A stretch of 64,000 bases of DNA from Iphione sp. A-MEVVRFRX5 (GCA_976226885.1 OZ320322.1:63984001-64048000); one strand, 5' to 3'; shown: positions 1 to 13,113, numbered from the stretch's first letter. Made by a program: numbers and translations. The notes: generated by a model from the sequence alone, not told the origin.

Positions 1-129
1 CACTCATTAAAGGAACACAAAGAGACGTTCTAATACATCTTCATCAATCGTAACTGTGTTACAATGTGTACGTACCTGTGTATGTCTATGTTTATATCCA
101 TGTGTTAACCTTGTCATCAGCTTTAATGA

Positions 130-1090
130 TTGTTCAACTCTGCCTCTCCCTTACCTGACCTTCCTCATGTATACTGCTACTACCTCCTGTCCCTTACCAG
201 CCTTTCTTATGTGTAAGACTATTCCCTTCTCTTCCTTACTTTGCCCTTCTCATGTGTACCACCACTCTCTGCTCTCCCTTACCCAGCCCTCCTCATGTGT
301 ATAACTATTCTCTTTTCTCCCCGCTTCTCTCCCTTACCTGGCTCTTCTCATGTGTACCACTACTCTCTTCTCTCCCTTACCCAGCCCTCCTCATGTGTAT
401 AACTATTCTCTTCTCTCCCCGCTTCTCTCTCTTACCGGGCTCTTCTCATGTGTACCACTACTCTCTTCTCTCCCTTACCCAGCCCTCCTCATGTGTATGA
501 CTATTCTCTTCTCTCTCCGCTTCTCTCCCTTACCAGGCTCTTCTCATGTTTACCACTACTCTCTTCTCTTTCTTACCCAGCCCTCCTCGTGTATACCGGT
601 ACTCTCTTCTCTCCCTTACCCGGCTCTCCTCATATGTACAACTACTCTCTTCTCTCCCTTACCTGGCCCTCCTCGTGTATACCACTATTCTCTTCTCTCC
701 CTTGCCCAGCTCTCCTCATGTGTACCGCTACTCTCTTCTCTCCCTTGCCCAGCTCTCCTCATGTGTACCACTACTCTCTTCTCTCCCTTACCCGCCCTCC
801 TCATGTGTACAGCTTTTCCCTTCTCTGCCTTATATACCCAGCTCTTCTCATGTGTACGACTATTCCCTTCTCTCCCTTATTCATCCCTCATCATGTATAC
901 TGGTACTACCTTCTTTCCTTTACCCGGCCCTCCTCATGTGTACCACTACTATCTTCTCTCTATTACCCGGCCCTTGTCATGTGTACAACTATTCTGTTCT
1001 CTCCCTTACCCAACCCTTTTCATGTGTACCACTATTCCCTTTCTCTGCCTTATATACCGAACCCTCCTTGTGTGTACCACTACTCTCTTC
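130..1090. repeat. Pyrimidine-rich minisatellite, about 43-bp monomer with 98-bp higher-order unit
   Basis: Recurring ctcatgtgtaccactactctcttctctcccttaccc; ORF-track starts at 252/350/448/546 are spaced 98 bp. Confidence 0.9.
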
Positions 1091-1133
1091 TTTTTAATTA
1101 ATATCTCCTTACTTATTTGCACCACCATTGTAG

Positions 1134-1222
1134 AGGTCTGCATGTCATCCCTCTCCCAGTCGCACGACCCCAGCGCCACCTGCCGCATCTCCGGCGGATC
1201 CTGGACACCATAACGCTACCTG
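1134..1222 (+). CDS. Possible coding exon of an unidentified gene
   Basis: CpG-rich 90-bp island between two minisatellites; ttgtag acceptor; open frame GLHVIPLPVARPQRHLPHLRRILDTITLP. Donor weak and strand uncertain. Confidence 0.25.
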
Positions 1223-1469
1223 GTGTTCACGTCAGTACTTAATTCCCCCTTTTGCTGACTTGTTTTGATAACTATCCATAGGAACGCGAGTAATTCCAAA
1301 AGTTTGGCTTATGGATCAAATATTCAGCATATTTTCCAAACCGATTATACCCACTACCCGCTACGAGACCATCCTAGTCTCAGTGGGAGGAAAACTTTGG
1401 ACATTACCAGGGAAGTCACATTATCTTACCAAGGATACAGGATGATTTATTCCATAATTACCAACTCAC

Positions 1470-2100
1470 TCCAAAACCGACTCATATCATTACTATCTCA
1501 CTCCATAACCGACTCATATTGTTACCATCCTACTCCACAACCGACTCATATCGTTACAATCTCACTAACTGACTCATATCATTACTATCTCACTCCATAA
1601 CCGACTCATATCATTAATATCCCACTCCCTAACCGACTCATTGCATTACCATCCAACTCCACAACCGACTCATATCATTACCGTCTCATTCCCTAACCGA
1701 CTCATATCATTACAATCCCACTCCCTAACCGACTCATATCATTCCCATCTTACTCCATAACTGACTAATATCATTACCATCCCACTCCCTAACCGACTCA
1801 TTACCTTATCATCTCACTCCATAACCGACTCATATCATTACCGTCCCACTCCATAACTGACTCATATCATTACCGTCCCACTCCATAACTGACTCATATC
1901 ATTACCGTCCCACTCCATAACCAACTCATATCATTACAATCCCACTCCCTAACTGACTCATATTGTTACCATCGCACTCCATAACTGACTCATTACCTTA
2001 TCATCTCACTCCATAACCGACTCATATCATTACGATCCCACTCCATAACCGACTCATATCATTACCATCCTACTCCATTACCAACTCATATCAGTACCAT
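1470..2100. repeat. About 32-bp minisatellite (ccataaccgactcatatcattacc...)
   Basis: Roughly 20 visible copies. Confidence 0.9.
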
Positions 2101-3384
2101 CTCACACCATCACTGCCTGGCATCACTCACCCCCATAACCACCTGTTATCACTTTCAACTTACACCATAAACACCTGGCATCACTGTCAACTCACTCCTG
2201 CCTACAGCAACATGGTCTGCTCACTCGATAACGTTGTAGGGTCTCTATATGCAGTTTGTATCCCTAGTCTGGGCCACAGATAAAGAAATTTAGTTTCGGT
2301 CTTGATTCCAAGTTCCCCGCGCTATAGGTTAGCCATGGAGATTACAAGTGACCCTGTGTGTTTGTCGAAGAGAAACAAAAGGTTTTGTAGAGGAGTTCCA
2401 GGATAACCTCTGCGTGACATGAACTTTCCATCAATCTATCAACTCCACATGCAGTTTCAATCTTGTCGTTCCACATGCGGCATTGAAGACCCGGATCTTT
2501 CCACTTCCAACGTGATCCGAGCAGTCTGGGTTTTGTGGATTTCTCTTTTCACTGCTGATGTCTTGTCCACCTTTTCCTGATGTTCTGAATCCTAGGTGAC
2601 TTGGTGTGTTGCATTCCTCAATGGCCGAATTCCTGCAGATATTTCACAGATTTCTTGGACCACGTGACTGGGGAGGGAGGAAGGCGGCCGTTGGCGACGA
2701 GGCGGAGCATTGTCTAGATGACCCGGGGCTAGCTCAATGGGGAACCGCTAAAAGACGGGTATTGTGGGCGTTTATCACGTTAAATGTTGCCACTGGAATC
2801 CAGATACATCTCGTAAAGACGATAGGAGGGCAGTTTTTACTGGTCTGAAATGGGCAGAGAGTTGCCGCAAACTGGAGGTCTTCTGAAGGGTAGTTTTTGG
2901 TAGTTGAGTGTCTTGTCTCTTTGTGAAAGGCAGTTAGTTGTTCGAGGGTAAGTGTCTTTCATCTCTCTTCTGAAGGGGAGTTGTTAGATTGTCAGTGTTT
3001 CTCATCTCTCTTGTGAAACCGAGTTGTTGGGGGGGGGGGGCTGGGTGTCTCATCCTTTTTGTGAAAGGCAGTTGTTAGAGGGTGTGTCTCGTCTCTCTTG
3101 TGAAGGGGAGTTGTTGGGGTTAAGTGTGTCTTGTAAAGGGGACTTGTTGGTAGTTGAGTGTGTCTTGTGAAGGGGAGTTGTTAGATTCTGAGCGTTTTTC
3201 GTCTCTCTTGTGAAACGGAGTTGTTACCTCGTCTCTTTTCCTCTCAGTTCGTCTGTCCAGTACAGCTTTCAATGTGAACTACACTTGGTATGCACCATTT
3301 CCTGCTATACCTACAGATTATGTTCAATGTTTTTTTTTATTAAAAACTCTGCATACATTATATTAAATTTTGTTTTATATTTCA

Positions 3385-3558
3385 GGTTTGTCACGAAAAC
3401 AATATGTGGGACCATCACTAGACCAAGTGCTTGTCAAAATTATCCTCAGATTTAGAGCAAACCTTGACGTTCTCATAGAATATCTCCCCTTTTATCACCT
3501 ATTCCTCCCTCCACAGTATTCCTGCAAAATATACAACTATAGAAAGGATTTACATTAA
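3385..3558 (+). CDS. Possible terminal coding exon of an unidentified gene
   Basis: Strong ttttgttttatatttcag acceptor, then open frame LSRKQYVGPSLDQVLVKIILRFRANLDVLIEY...DLH*. No recognised homology. Confidence 0.3.
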   Translation, partial: GLSRKQYVGPSLDQVLVKIILRFRANLDVLIEYLPFYHLFLPPQYSCKIYNYRKDLH

Positions 3559-3824
3559 CGGCTTAAAAGGTTCTTTTTTGTGAATGGATACATGAAATAA
3601 GAGATGAAAGATTCACATCCCTTTGTTTGAGACAGGAAATGGTGCATACCAAGTAGTACTATATATTTACGACCGTACCGACCAAATTGGAGAATTTTGC
3701 TCCTCTGTCCCCGTCCTCCTCCCTCCCACCCCATGTGCAAGTGTCAGATCCCTGCCTTGAAACCGTCAGCACTATTGAACACCCAACTGAGGTATTCTAC
3801 ATAATAATCTACTTTCAACCAATT

Positions 3825-4256
3825 ATGATCTCCATACACCGTACATATCTCGTACTGTATTATATATTAAGTTACATCCTCGTGTTACTGTAACTTTATC
3901 CTGGCAGAGCTTCTCACTCTCGTCTCTGTAGTTATGGTCGCCATACACTGTACATATCGCGTACTGTATTATATATTAACAGTTACATCCTCATGTTAGT
4001 TACTTTATCCCAGCAGAGCTTCTCACTCTCGTCTCTGTAGTTATGGTCGCCATACACTGTACATCTCATAGTGTATTATATATTAAGTTACATCCTCGTA
4101 TTACTGTAACTTTATCCCAGCAGAACTCCTGGCTCTTATCTCTATAGTTATGGTCATCATATACTGTACATATCGTGTACTGTATTATATATTAACAGTT
4201 ACATCCTCATATTACTGTTACTTTATCCCAGCAGAGCTTCTCACTCTCGTCTCTGA
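3825..4256. repeat. About 109-bp tandem repeat, about 4 copies
   Basis: catacactg at 3942 and 4051; cagagcttctcactctcgtctctg recurs. Confidence 0.9.
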
Positions 4257-5520
4257 GGTTAAACCTGTACTCTGTATGTTAAGCATATATTTGATGTTAA
4301 CTGTGCACAACTGTCAGAGAAAATGAATCACATTGTTTGCATCTTGTGCTTATTAGCTATACACATTTTGTATGTATTATACTTTTATTATACAACATTG
4401 CAGTCATAAAACCATTTACAATAAAGAGGATGCAATAAAATGTTGAGATCTTGAGAGACAAGAGACCAATTGGAAAGTAGTTAGGAAGCGATTTACTATG
4501 TTTTCCTATCATCTGATTTACGATGATGATGGGGATGATATTTATTCTCTTTTCAATGAATCAGTACAAGGAGTTTCTCCAGTGAACTGAAATTAACATT
4601 TAATAGTTTAGGCAGAATATGATACAAACACAAACGTTTAAGCGGGAACATGATACATGTTAATTACACAATAGATATATTACAGTCTGCCTTTAAATTT
4701 ACAACTCTTAGTTCTCTTCAAAGTTTTTATTTTCAATATACAATGGTGCCTTTTCTCAGGAAATATATTACCTGTTCTCTAATACCTTAAATTGACAAAC
4801 ACTTATCCAATGACTGCGCATTCATGACTCAGTGCATCCAACCATTCCCTATACAACAATAAATTTATTTTCAAATATGTTTTTATAGATACTTTGCCCC
4901 TGTATTTACACTAGTTTCTTGCTAATTACCTGAGGCAGATTATTCTATTCATCGACTCGCGTGTACAGATAGCTGCATGCAAACTGCCTCTTGGCCTTGC
5001 TTGTTCTAGCACTGGGCCTCTACATGCCTGGTTTTCCTACCCTCTTTCTCCGTTTATACGAGTCCAGGATGATGTAGCCTATGTATCGGCGGAATAAGAT
5101 GACAGTATGGTGCACCCTCCGGGGAGGCTAGCCTATAAATAGGCGGAATAAGATGACAGTATGGTGCACCCTCCGGGGAGGCTATTTGTAATCACTAGCA
5201 GATTCGGGGCTTCCCGCCACTTTTCTAGTAAGGTAAGAGTTTTAAAAGCTTTTGAAAACAATATACTATCTCTCATGTCAAATTCACAACTGCTTGTAAA
5301 TTTAAAGTTGCGATGAATGCTTGTCACAAGTGGGTGATATGAAAACTGGCCCGAGGCCACGTTTCCATGGAAAACAATTACTTCATAAATACGTGGATAA
5401 AAACACGAGGTCCCTTCCCCCCCCCCCCTTTATAATAATGTGTCTGATGGTGACCGGGGCCACGCCTGCCCTAGTCACCTCTCATGGGCAGCCCCCCTCC
5501 CCCTCCCCCCTCCACCTCAC

Positions 5521-5832
5521 NNNNNNNNNNNNNNNNNNNNNNNNNNNNNNNNNNNNNNNNNNNNNNNNNNNNNNNNNNNNNNNNNNNNNNNNNNNNNNNN
5601 NNNNNNNNNNNNNNNNNNNNNNNNNNNNNNNNNNNNNNNNNNNNNNNNNNNNNNNNNNNNNNNNNNNNNNNNNNNNNNNNNNNNNNNNNNNNNNNNNNNN
5701 NNNNNNNNNNNNNNNNNNNNNNNNNNNNNNNNNNNNNNNNNNNNNNNNNNNNNNNNNNNNNNNNNNNNNNNNNNNNNNNNNNNNNNNNNNNNNNNNNNNN
5801 NNNNNNNNNNNNNNNNNNNNNNNNNNNNNNNN
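5521..5832. other. Assembly gap flanked by a duplicated sequence of about 55 bp
   Basis: N run; gggccacgcctgccctagtcacctctcatgggca on both sides. Confidence 0.98.
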
Positions 5833-6029
5833 CTGATGGGGACAGGGGGCCACGCCTGCCCTAGTCACCTCTCATGGGCAGCTCCCTCCCCCTCTTCCCT
5901 CCCCCTCCCCCCTTTCCCATCCCCTGAATGCATGAATGAGTGGAACAGGACAGAGGTCCCTGATGTCTGCTCCACTCATCCCCTGAACAAGTGGCTTTTA
6001 TTCCCTGTTGATAGAAACCTCCGCTCACT

Positions 6030-6332
6030 AGATGAGAGTTGTCGGAGTTTCCATGGAGACGTAATGTGCTGATGCAGGTTGGATATGATGGAGTGGCTGC
6101 CCTCATGCGTCTGGCTCTGTGCGGAGAGATGTGATGGCCTGGCGCAGGTCAGCGATGACAAGGTCAATGTCAGCAGTTGAGATGAGAGTTGTTGGAGTTT
6201 CCATGGAGACGCAATGCGCTGATGCAGGAGGTTGGACATGACGGAGTGGCTGCCCTCATGCGTCTGGCTCTGTGCGGAGAGATGTGATGGCCTGGCGCAG
6301 GTCAGCGATGACAAGGTCAATGTCAGCAGTTG
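6030..6332. repeat. Tandem duplication (150 + 153 bp) of the SCLY stop-codon region
   Basis: 6030-6179 repeats 6180-6332. Confidence 0.95.
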
Positions 6333-6415
6333 TCGTATGTCGCCCAACACTTAGTCGTATGGCATTGATGGCCACTTCAGGGCTGATCCCAATTGCGAGG
6401 AGAATGGCCGATGGT
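6256..6415 (-). CDS. SCLY: SCLY last coding exon (PSAILLAIG...NAIRLSVGRHTTTADIDLVIADLRQAITSLRTEPDA*)
   Basis: ttttctttcag acceptor; RLSVGR motif; TGA at 6258-6256. Confidence 0.95.
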
Positions 6416-6504
6416 CTGAAAGAAAACCATTGACTCAGACCACAATGACGATGGACAACAAAGTACCAGAGAAAGAACTACAACTGCATACCAATTAAAC
6501 TGAC

Positions 6505-7094
6505 GAGTGTGGACCTGTGAGGTCTACTGTCCCCCGCCATCAACTGCCCATAAAGATGGGGGGGGGAGAAGGGGAGAGAAAGAGAGAGAAAATGAGTGTG
6601 TGTGTGTGTGTGTGTAGTGTCTCTCTCTCCTTACAACCATCTTGATTGGCAGCTTGTTTTGGAGGTAGTTGGCTAGACTTGTTTAAGTCCTTCAGGTTTA
6701 CAACTCTCAGTTCTGCCTGACCGGACACAGCCCCCTCGGTTCTGCCTCACTGAGCACCAGACTGCTACAAACCCTCGGTTCTGCATAACTGAGCACTGAG
6801 TGTTTATACATGTAAATTGTCAGACCTAGGAACCCCTGAACCATGTATGTATGTTTGTAGCTGTGTTAGGAAAAGAGTAAAATTGACATAATTTCACCTT
6901 CAAAATACTTGAATTACTACCAAAATTACCCAGTGCCATGGGGCCATATATACTAATATCATATATTAAAATCAGTTTTTTTGAGAGAAGGGTTTAATAA
7001 GACTTATAAGACCCACAAGAGTGTGACGGATGGTCGGGACACCAGCCAGCAGCATTCCTTATGTCCCCCCCCCCTATGAGGCAGGGGACAAAAA
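6505..7094 (-). mobile_element. Non-autonomous interspersed element, Helentron-associated (HINE/DINE-1/pearl-like), copy 1
   Basis: Minus strand starts tttttgtcccc and ends ggggacag followed by the hairpin gtagacct-cac-aggtccac; internal GA/GT microsatellite; homologous to 9969-10627. Confidence 0.65.
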
Positions 7095-7319
7095 TATTGT
7101 GAAACAACCATAAACTACAACCATCAACAGAAGACTGAAAGAAGTTCAGATTACAGGAAAGGGCACACTGTGGCGCCCGCTGACGACAGGAAAGGGCACA
7201 CTGTGGCGCCCCTGACGGCAGGAAAAAGGCACACTGTAGCCCCAACCCCCACCCCTGGCGGCATGGTCTGCAAGTAGTTAGCACATCCAGCACATGTATG
7301 CTGCTGGTAACTGGCGTAC

Positions 7320-7525
7320 CTGCTGCTGGTGCCGGTGTGGCAGGCAGCCCCGACACTGGCCTGCAGACAGCGGGCCCGGCCCAGCACCTGCCGGCCCGAC
7401 AGGCCCGCTCCCAGCACAGATATGTTGCTCGTGTTCGGCAGACGCTGGCTACCTGCAAGGCGGCCATTTACATGCAGCCTCTCACCAAACGCGGCATGCA
7501 GCTCGTCCTCCAGATAATCCCGCAC
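7320..7525 (-). CDS. SCLY: SCLY exon 11 (VRDYLEDEL...QRLPNTSNIS...LQASVGAACHTGTSS)
   Basis: tttgcag acceptor, gtacgc donor; contains the catalytic Cys motif SVGAACH. Confidence 0.95.
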
Positions 7526-7679
7526 CTGCAAACATGTCACACACAGTCTCAGTACAGCCTCACTCGACACAGCACCACACACAGGGAAATGAGGTCTCTC
7601 TCCAATACAGCACCACACACAGAGTGAGGTTCTCCCTCCAACACAGGTAAAGGAATCTCATCTAAGCTCTCACATTACA

Positions 7680-7960
7680 TACATACCCACATCATACTTA
7701 GTTCTGACACCTCCCCCATTGTGGCTCGAGAACCTCATATAAGGTCATAAATTACATGCATACCCACATCGTACTTAGTTCTGACACCTCCCCCATGGTG
7801 GCCTGAGAAGCTTATGTAAGGTCATAAATTACATGCATACCCACATCGTACTTAGTTCTGACACCTCCCCCATGGTGGCCTGAGAAGCTTATGTAAGGTC
7901 ATAAATTACATGCATACCCACATCATACTTAGTTCTGACACCTCCCCCATGGTGGCCTCA
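7680..7960. repeat. 77-bp tandem repeat, about 3.6 copies (SCLY intron)
   Basis: tacccacatc at 7761, 7838, 7915. Confidence 0.92.
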
Positions 7961-8199
7961 GAGCCCCATCTTGGATCAGGCAGGTTAAGGTGCCCTCTTT
8001 GCGATCTTGTCTTTACCTAGTTTCGTAACGGAGATGTGTCCTCCTTAGAGGTTTGGTGTACTATTATGTACGGTGGGAGAGAGGCAGAGGGGGAAAGAAT
8101 AACTGGAAATAAAGGAAAACTCGCACACTGTAAAGGTATCAAGAATTAATCTTACATAGATCACCTTAAATAATTAAATAATATATGAAAAGTGCGTAC

Positions 8200-8253
8200 C
8201 TTTCTCATGTGGGCTTCATATGATGAAATGTTCTTTACAACCAGCTGTGCTGC
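8200..8253 (-). CDS. SCLY: SCLY exon 10 (AAQLVVKNISSYEAHMRK)
   Basis: ttttgtttcag acceptor, gtacgc donor; in phase with neighbouring exons. Confidence 0.9.
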
Positions 8254-8309
8254 CTGAAACAAAAAAGATGTTCATTATGAACATATTTTCCATAAGAAGA
8301 GCAATAAAG

Positions 8310-8720
8310 TGCACAGACTCTACACCCTCCCTCCACGGAGTGTGGAGAGATGGTGGTAGGTATAGTATTCAGGCTCCACACCCTCCCTCCACCAAGTGTG
8401 GCGAGATGGTGGTAGATATAGGATACAGACTTGACACCCTCCCTCCACCGAGTGTGGTGAGATGGTGGTAGATATAGTATACAGACTCTACACCATCCCT
8501 CCACCGAGTGTGGCGAGATGGTGGTAGGTATAGTATACAGGCTCAGCACCATCCCTCCACCGAGTGTGGCGAGATGGTGGTAGGTATAGTATACAGACTC
8601 TATACCCTCCCTCCACTGAGTGTGGCGAGATGGTGGTAGATATAGTATAAAGACTCTACACCCTCCCTTCACCGAGTGTGGCGAGATGGTGGTAGATATA
8701 GGATACAGGCTCAGCACCTG
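8310..8720. repeat. 56-bp minisatellite, about 7 copies (SCLY intron)
   Basis: gatggtggtag at 8349, 8405 and onward. Confidence 0.92.
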
Positions 8721-8795
8721 CTGATCCTGTTGCAGACATACTTCATACTAAGGCCCGTTCCAAGATACTTCCCAGGTCCTTCAGGAGGCACTGAC

Positions 8796-8832
8796 CTTGC
8801 CAAGACCGGCGATCATCCCGGTGTTCTCCGTT
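8796..8832 (-). CDS. SCLY: SCLY 37-nt exon 9 (TENTGMIAGLGK)
   Basis: ttcttctgcag acceptor, gtcagt donor; completes the RPGTEN motif. Confidence 0.93.
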
Positions 8833-8867
8833 CTGCAGAAGAAACAAGTGAACCATATAGAGATATA

Positions 8868-9240
8868 TCTCCAGAGACAAACACGCCCAGAGTGTAGTGC
8901 TTGGGACATCAATACAGATGTATCTCCAGAGACCAACACGCTCAGAGTGTAGTGCCTGGGACATCTATACAGCTAAATCGCCAGAGACCAACACGCCCAC
9001 AGTGTAGTGCCTGGGACATCTATACAGCTATATCTCCAGAGACCAACACGCCCAGAGTGTAGTGCCTGGGACATCAATACAGATGTATCTCCAGAGACCA
9101 ACACGCCCAGAGTGTAGTGCCTGGGACATCAATACAGATGAATCTCCAGAGACCAACACGCCCAGAGTGTAGTGCCTGGGACATCTATACAGCTATATCT
9201 CCAGAGACTAACACGCCCAGAGAGTACCTGGGACATCAAA
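8868..9240. repeat. 55-bp minisatellite, about 6.5 copies (SCLY intron)
   Basis: ccagagaccaacacgcccagagtgtagtgcctgggacatc recurs. Confidence 0.92.
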
Positions 9241-9401
9241 AGTGGCATTATGCGAGCATTCATCTATACACCATGATAGTATCTACCTTGACCTGACCTG
9301 ACCTGACCTGGTCATCTCTCAGTTTTACTAACCCATGTACGGATACCAGTATGCTTCACTTCACAATACACTATTTACAGAGATTCTCCATTCTCTCCTA
9401 C

Positions 9402-9508
9402 CCTGGCCTAAAGTTGCGTTCTTGACCTCCACCATAGAAGAGCGGGTCAAGCGGCGTCCCTGTTTCCAGGCCTTGCACATAGACAGCACCGATGCGGGGG
9501 CCATAGAA
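9402..9508 (-). CDS. SCLY: SCLY exon 8 ([36 protein letters not shown])
   Basis: ctctgcag acceptor, gtagg donor; FYGP and GGGQE motifs. Confidence 0.96.
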
Positions 9509-9968
9509 CTGCAGAGAACAACCAAATGTGTAAAAGACATTTGTATTACAGAATTAATCATAATCATAGAGAAGTCATTATCCTTAGTGAGAACTTATTA
9601 TCATAACAGACAAGCGCCTTTGGCGTCCGCACTGGTTGGTTACAGTGTATATGTAGCCAGAGGATGGGGGAGGGGTCAAAGTACAGACTGATATGGCCTT
9701 TTACAACCCCGGTTCTGCTCCATTGAATACAGGTGTGTAGGAATACACCACTCTGTGTAGAAAGTAGGGCCACATATGTCATACGCTTTTTAGTAATTTC
9801 AGCATTTTAGATATACAATAGATGATCATCCTTCTTTTGTCCTACAATATCATTATGCATGAAGTCCTAACAAAAATAATGTATTTTGGGATAGTCACAT
9901 CATAAGGAGATGTCAGCCCCCATGGCCGGACTACTTTTGGGCAACGTTTTATATAGGTAGTGTAACAA

Positions 9969-10627
9969 GAGTGTGGACCTGCGAGGTCTATTGTCCCCCA
10001 CCATCAACTGCAAAGAGAGAGAGGGAAAGAGAGGGAGGGACAGAGAGGGAGAGAGAGAGACTGTGTGTGTGTCTGTGTGTGTATGTGGTGTCTCTCTCTC
10101 TTTACAACCACCTTCATTGGCACCTTGTTTTGGGGTTGGTTGGCTAGACTTGTTTAAGTCCTTCAGGTTTACAACTCTCGGTTCTGCATGACTGAGCACA
10201 GCCCCCTCGGTTCTGCCTCACTGAGCACCAGACATTTACAAACCCTCGGTTCTGCATGAGTGAGCACAGTCCCCTCGGTTCTGCCTCACTGAGCACCAGA
10301 CTGCTACAAGCTGATAGTGGTAGAGGGCAGATATTGGTGAGTGTGTATGTGCATGGTCAGACCTAGGAACCCCTGAACCAGGTATGTATGTTTGTAGGTG
10401 TGTTAGCAAAAGAGTAAAATTTGCATAATTTCACCTTCAAAATACTTGAATTACTACCAGAATTACCCAGTGCCATGGGGCCATATATACCAATATCATA
10501 TATTAAAATCAGTTCTTTTGATTGAAGGGTTTGAGACTTATAAGACCCACAAGAGTGTGACGGATGGTCGGGACACCAGCCCGTAGCATTCCTAATGTCC
10601 CCCCCTCTATGAGGCGGGGGACAAAAA
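9969..10627 (-). mobile_element. Same HINE-like element, copy 2
   Basis: Colinear with 6505-7094, same termini, one extra internal repeat unit. Confidence 0.65.
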
Positions 10628-10994
10628 GATATTATCATTACAGAGAGGACATTTTCATAACAGAGTATCATTACATATTGGTCATTATCATTACATATTA
10701 GTCATTATCATATCATTAACATGAGCAGCAGGGAGTCACCTCACCAGTGCGAAGCTATAGCCGTCACCTCGCCTACAGCAAAATGTTAGTGCCTATCAAA
10801 ACACTGATCACATATCTCCGAACTCTGAGGGGTTCTAGAGAACTCTGTAACACTCAATCAACAATAATTAACTTGAAAGAAAAGGGCTAATTGTGTCCTA
10901 GGCTAGAAGGCTGGACACTAAAGAGCCAACTGTCAAACAGAGGACACATGACTTATTTTCACCATGAGATGATATAATATCTTTCCAGCACCAC

Positions 10995-11345
10995 ATGCTC
11001 CATCATGGGAGGACCTACTACCAGCTCCATCACAGGCGGACCTACCACCAGCTCCATCGCAGACGGACCTATTACCAACTCCATCACAGGCAGACCTACT
11101 ACCAGCTCCATCACAGAAGGTACTACCACTAGCTCCATCGCAGGACGTCCTACCACCAGCTCCATCACAGGACGTCCTACCACCAGCTCCATCACAGGCG
11201 GACCTTCTACCAGGACCTACTACCAGCTCCATCACAAGCGGACCTACCACCAGCTCCATTACAGGAGGACCTACTACCAGCTCCATCACAGAAGATCCTA
11301 CCACTAGCTCCATCACAGGAGGTCCTACCACCAGCTCCATCACAG
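10995..11345. repeat. 27-bp minisatellite (ggacctaccaccagctccatcac), about 13 copies
   Basis: cctac at 11014, 11041 and onward. Confidence 0.92.
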
Positions 11346-11524
11346 GGGGACCACGGTAGCTAACCACTTTGGGCAACATGTGATAAAACATCAGGGAACT
11401 ACACCTCAACCTGCAGCAGCCTAGGGTCACAACTACTGCAAGATAGAGTTAGTCCACTAAGGTTACCATTTACACTATAAACAATACACCCAGGAAGAGC
11501 AAGTCGGTCATCACCGTGTTCTAC

Positions 11525-11686
11525 CTTATGTCCAACTATAGTCAGATAGTCCACACCCAGGTCCTCCACGCTGACTGGGATCTTGCCGATGGCCTGAGCA
11601 GCATCTGTGTGAAGCAGGATGCGGGGGGTCCCGTGAAGTTTGTCTCGCCGCAGCGCCCTCAGACGTTCACTTATCTCCCGTATGGG
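11525..11686 (-). CDS. SCLY: SCLY exon 7 (PIREISER...[11 protein letters not shown]...DYLTIVGHK)
   Basis: ctttcag acceptor, gtaga donor; HTDAAQ and the PLP-binding lysine. Confidence 0.96.
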
Positions 11687-12611
11687 CTGAAAGCAATGAT
11701 CACAAGTACTAGAGTGTCTTGCTACAAAATGACAATGTGTATCTTCGATTTGCTGGACAGCTTTATCAAGACATTACCCATCCAGCATGCACAGGTGGGA
11801 ACCCAAGTGGCAAACCAGACAGGAACCCACATGGGGAACCAGGGGGGAACCCGGGTAGGAGGCCAGGTGGGAACCCAAGTGTGGAACTAGATATGAAACC
11901 AGGTAAGAACCCAGGTTGGAAACAAGTTAGAAAGCACAATGGAACACAGGCGGGAACACAGGCGGGAAACCAGGCAGGGAAACAGGTGGGTCTTAGGTGG
12001 GTTAGCTGGGTTCATTCACGCCTGAGCTCTACCTGGATCTCATGTTTTATAGAACTAAGCTTGCATGAAAGACAAAGAAAAAAAGAAGGAAAAAAGTATT
12101 TAGGCAAATGGGTTGCTCACAAGGGCCATTGTAGACCTACTGGATGGGTAACGTTAACACCAACATGTTTCAAGTTTCAAGTTTCAAGTTTTCAAGTTTT
12201 CATTGTCATCTCCGTCATGGGTACAGAGCTAGCCTTGACAACATTCAGATCACGTCAACATATGTACATCTTACAAGTTATGCAACTGTTTTGTCCAACA
12301 ATACAACCGTTCAGATTTCTAGTTTAATTATCTTGTCCTACATGCATACATATGCGGCTGAAGCAGCTACCTAGTGATACAACATGTCTTTATCACAGCA
12401 TGAGTCACTCACTACTTATCCTCAGTAAACACCATCATGGCACATTATCACAGTCATACAAACTCATAGTCCACCACTAGGTGTATATTCATCCTTGCTC
12501 ACTCTATACGTTATGTCTATGCACAGCTATTACCAGAACATGTATCTACTCTGAAGACACCTAACACCTTAACACCCCATGGCTTCCATCCCTAGCGTCA
12601 GTCGGTCGGCA

Positions 12612-13013
12612 ACCATGGCCTCTTGATTCCGAATGATTCCTAATCTTGTCCAAACTCAGTCTCCCTATAACTTCCCTTACACTGATAGATAGGCTGCACC
12701 ACTTGGTTACCCAGCTGTACCTGATCGAGTTCCTATACCTGGTTGACCATGGCCTCTTGATTCCGAATGATTCCTAATCTTGTCCAAACTTAGTCTCCCT
12801 ATAACTTCCCTTACACTGATAGATAGGCTGCACCACTTGGTTACCCAGCTGTACCTGATCGAGTTCCAATACCTGGTTGACCATGGCCTCTTGATTCCGA
12901 ATGATTCCTAATCTTGTCCAAACTTAGTCTCCCTATAACTTCCCTTACACTGATAGATAGGCTGCACCACTTGGTTACCCAGCTGTACCTGTTCGAGTTC
13001 CTATACCTGGTTG
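12612..13013. repeat. 134-bp tandem repeat, 3 near-identical copies
   Basis: accatggcctcttgattccg at 12612, 12746, 12880. Confidence 0.95.
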
Positions 13014-13113
13014 TACTCCTATCCCCTTCCTTGTCTTCGACGTTGGTTCAAGGGGTAACAAACCTAGATGTACTAGCTTATGGACCACATTGATTCCTCT
13101 CACTTCTAGCCAT

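Noticed and set aside
56-1213. Several 180-290 aa ORFs in the first kilobase
   Set aside because: They are translations of a pyrimidine-rich tandem array lacking stop codons, open in multiple frames, with no splice or domain evidence.
5900-6255. SECIS element or Sec-TGA readthrough in SCLY
   Set aside because: SCLY is not a known selenoprotein, the TGA sits where the homologous protein ends, and I saw no SECIS-like stem.
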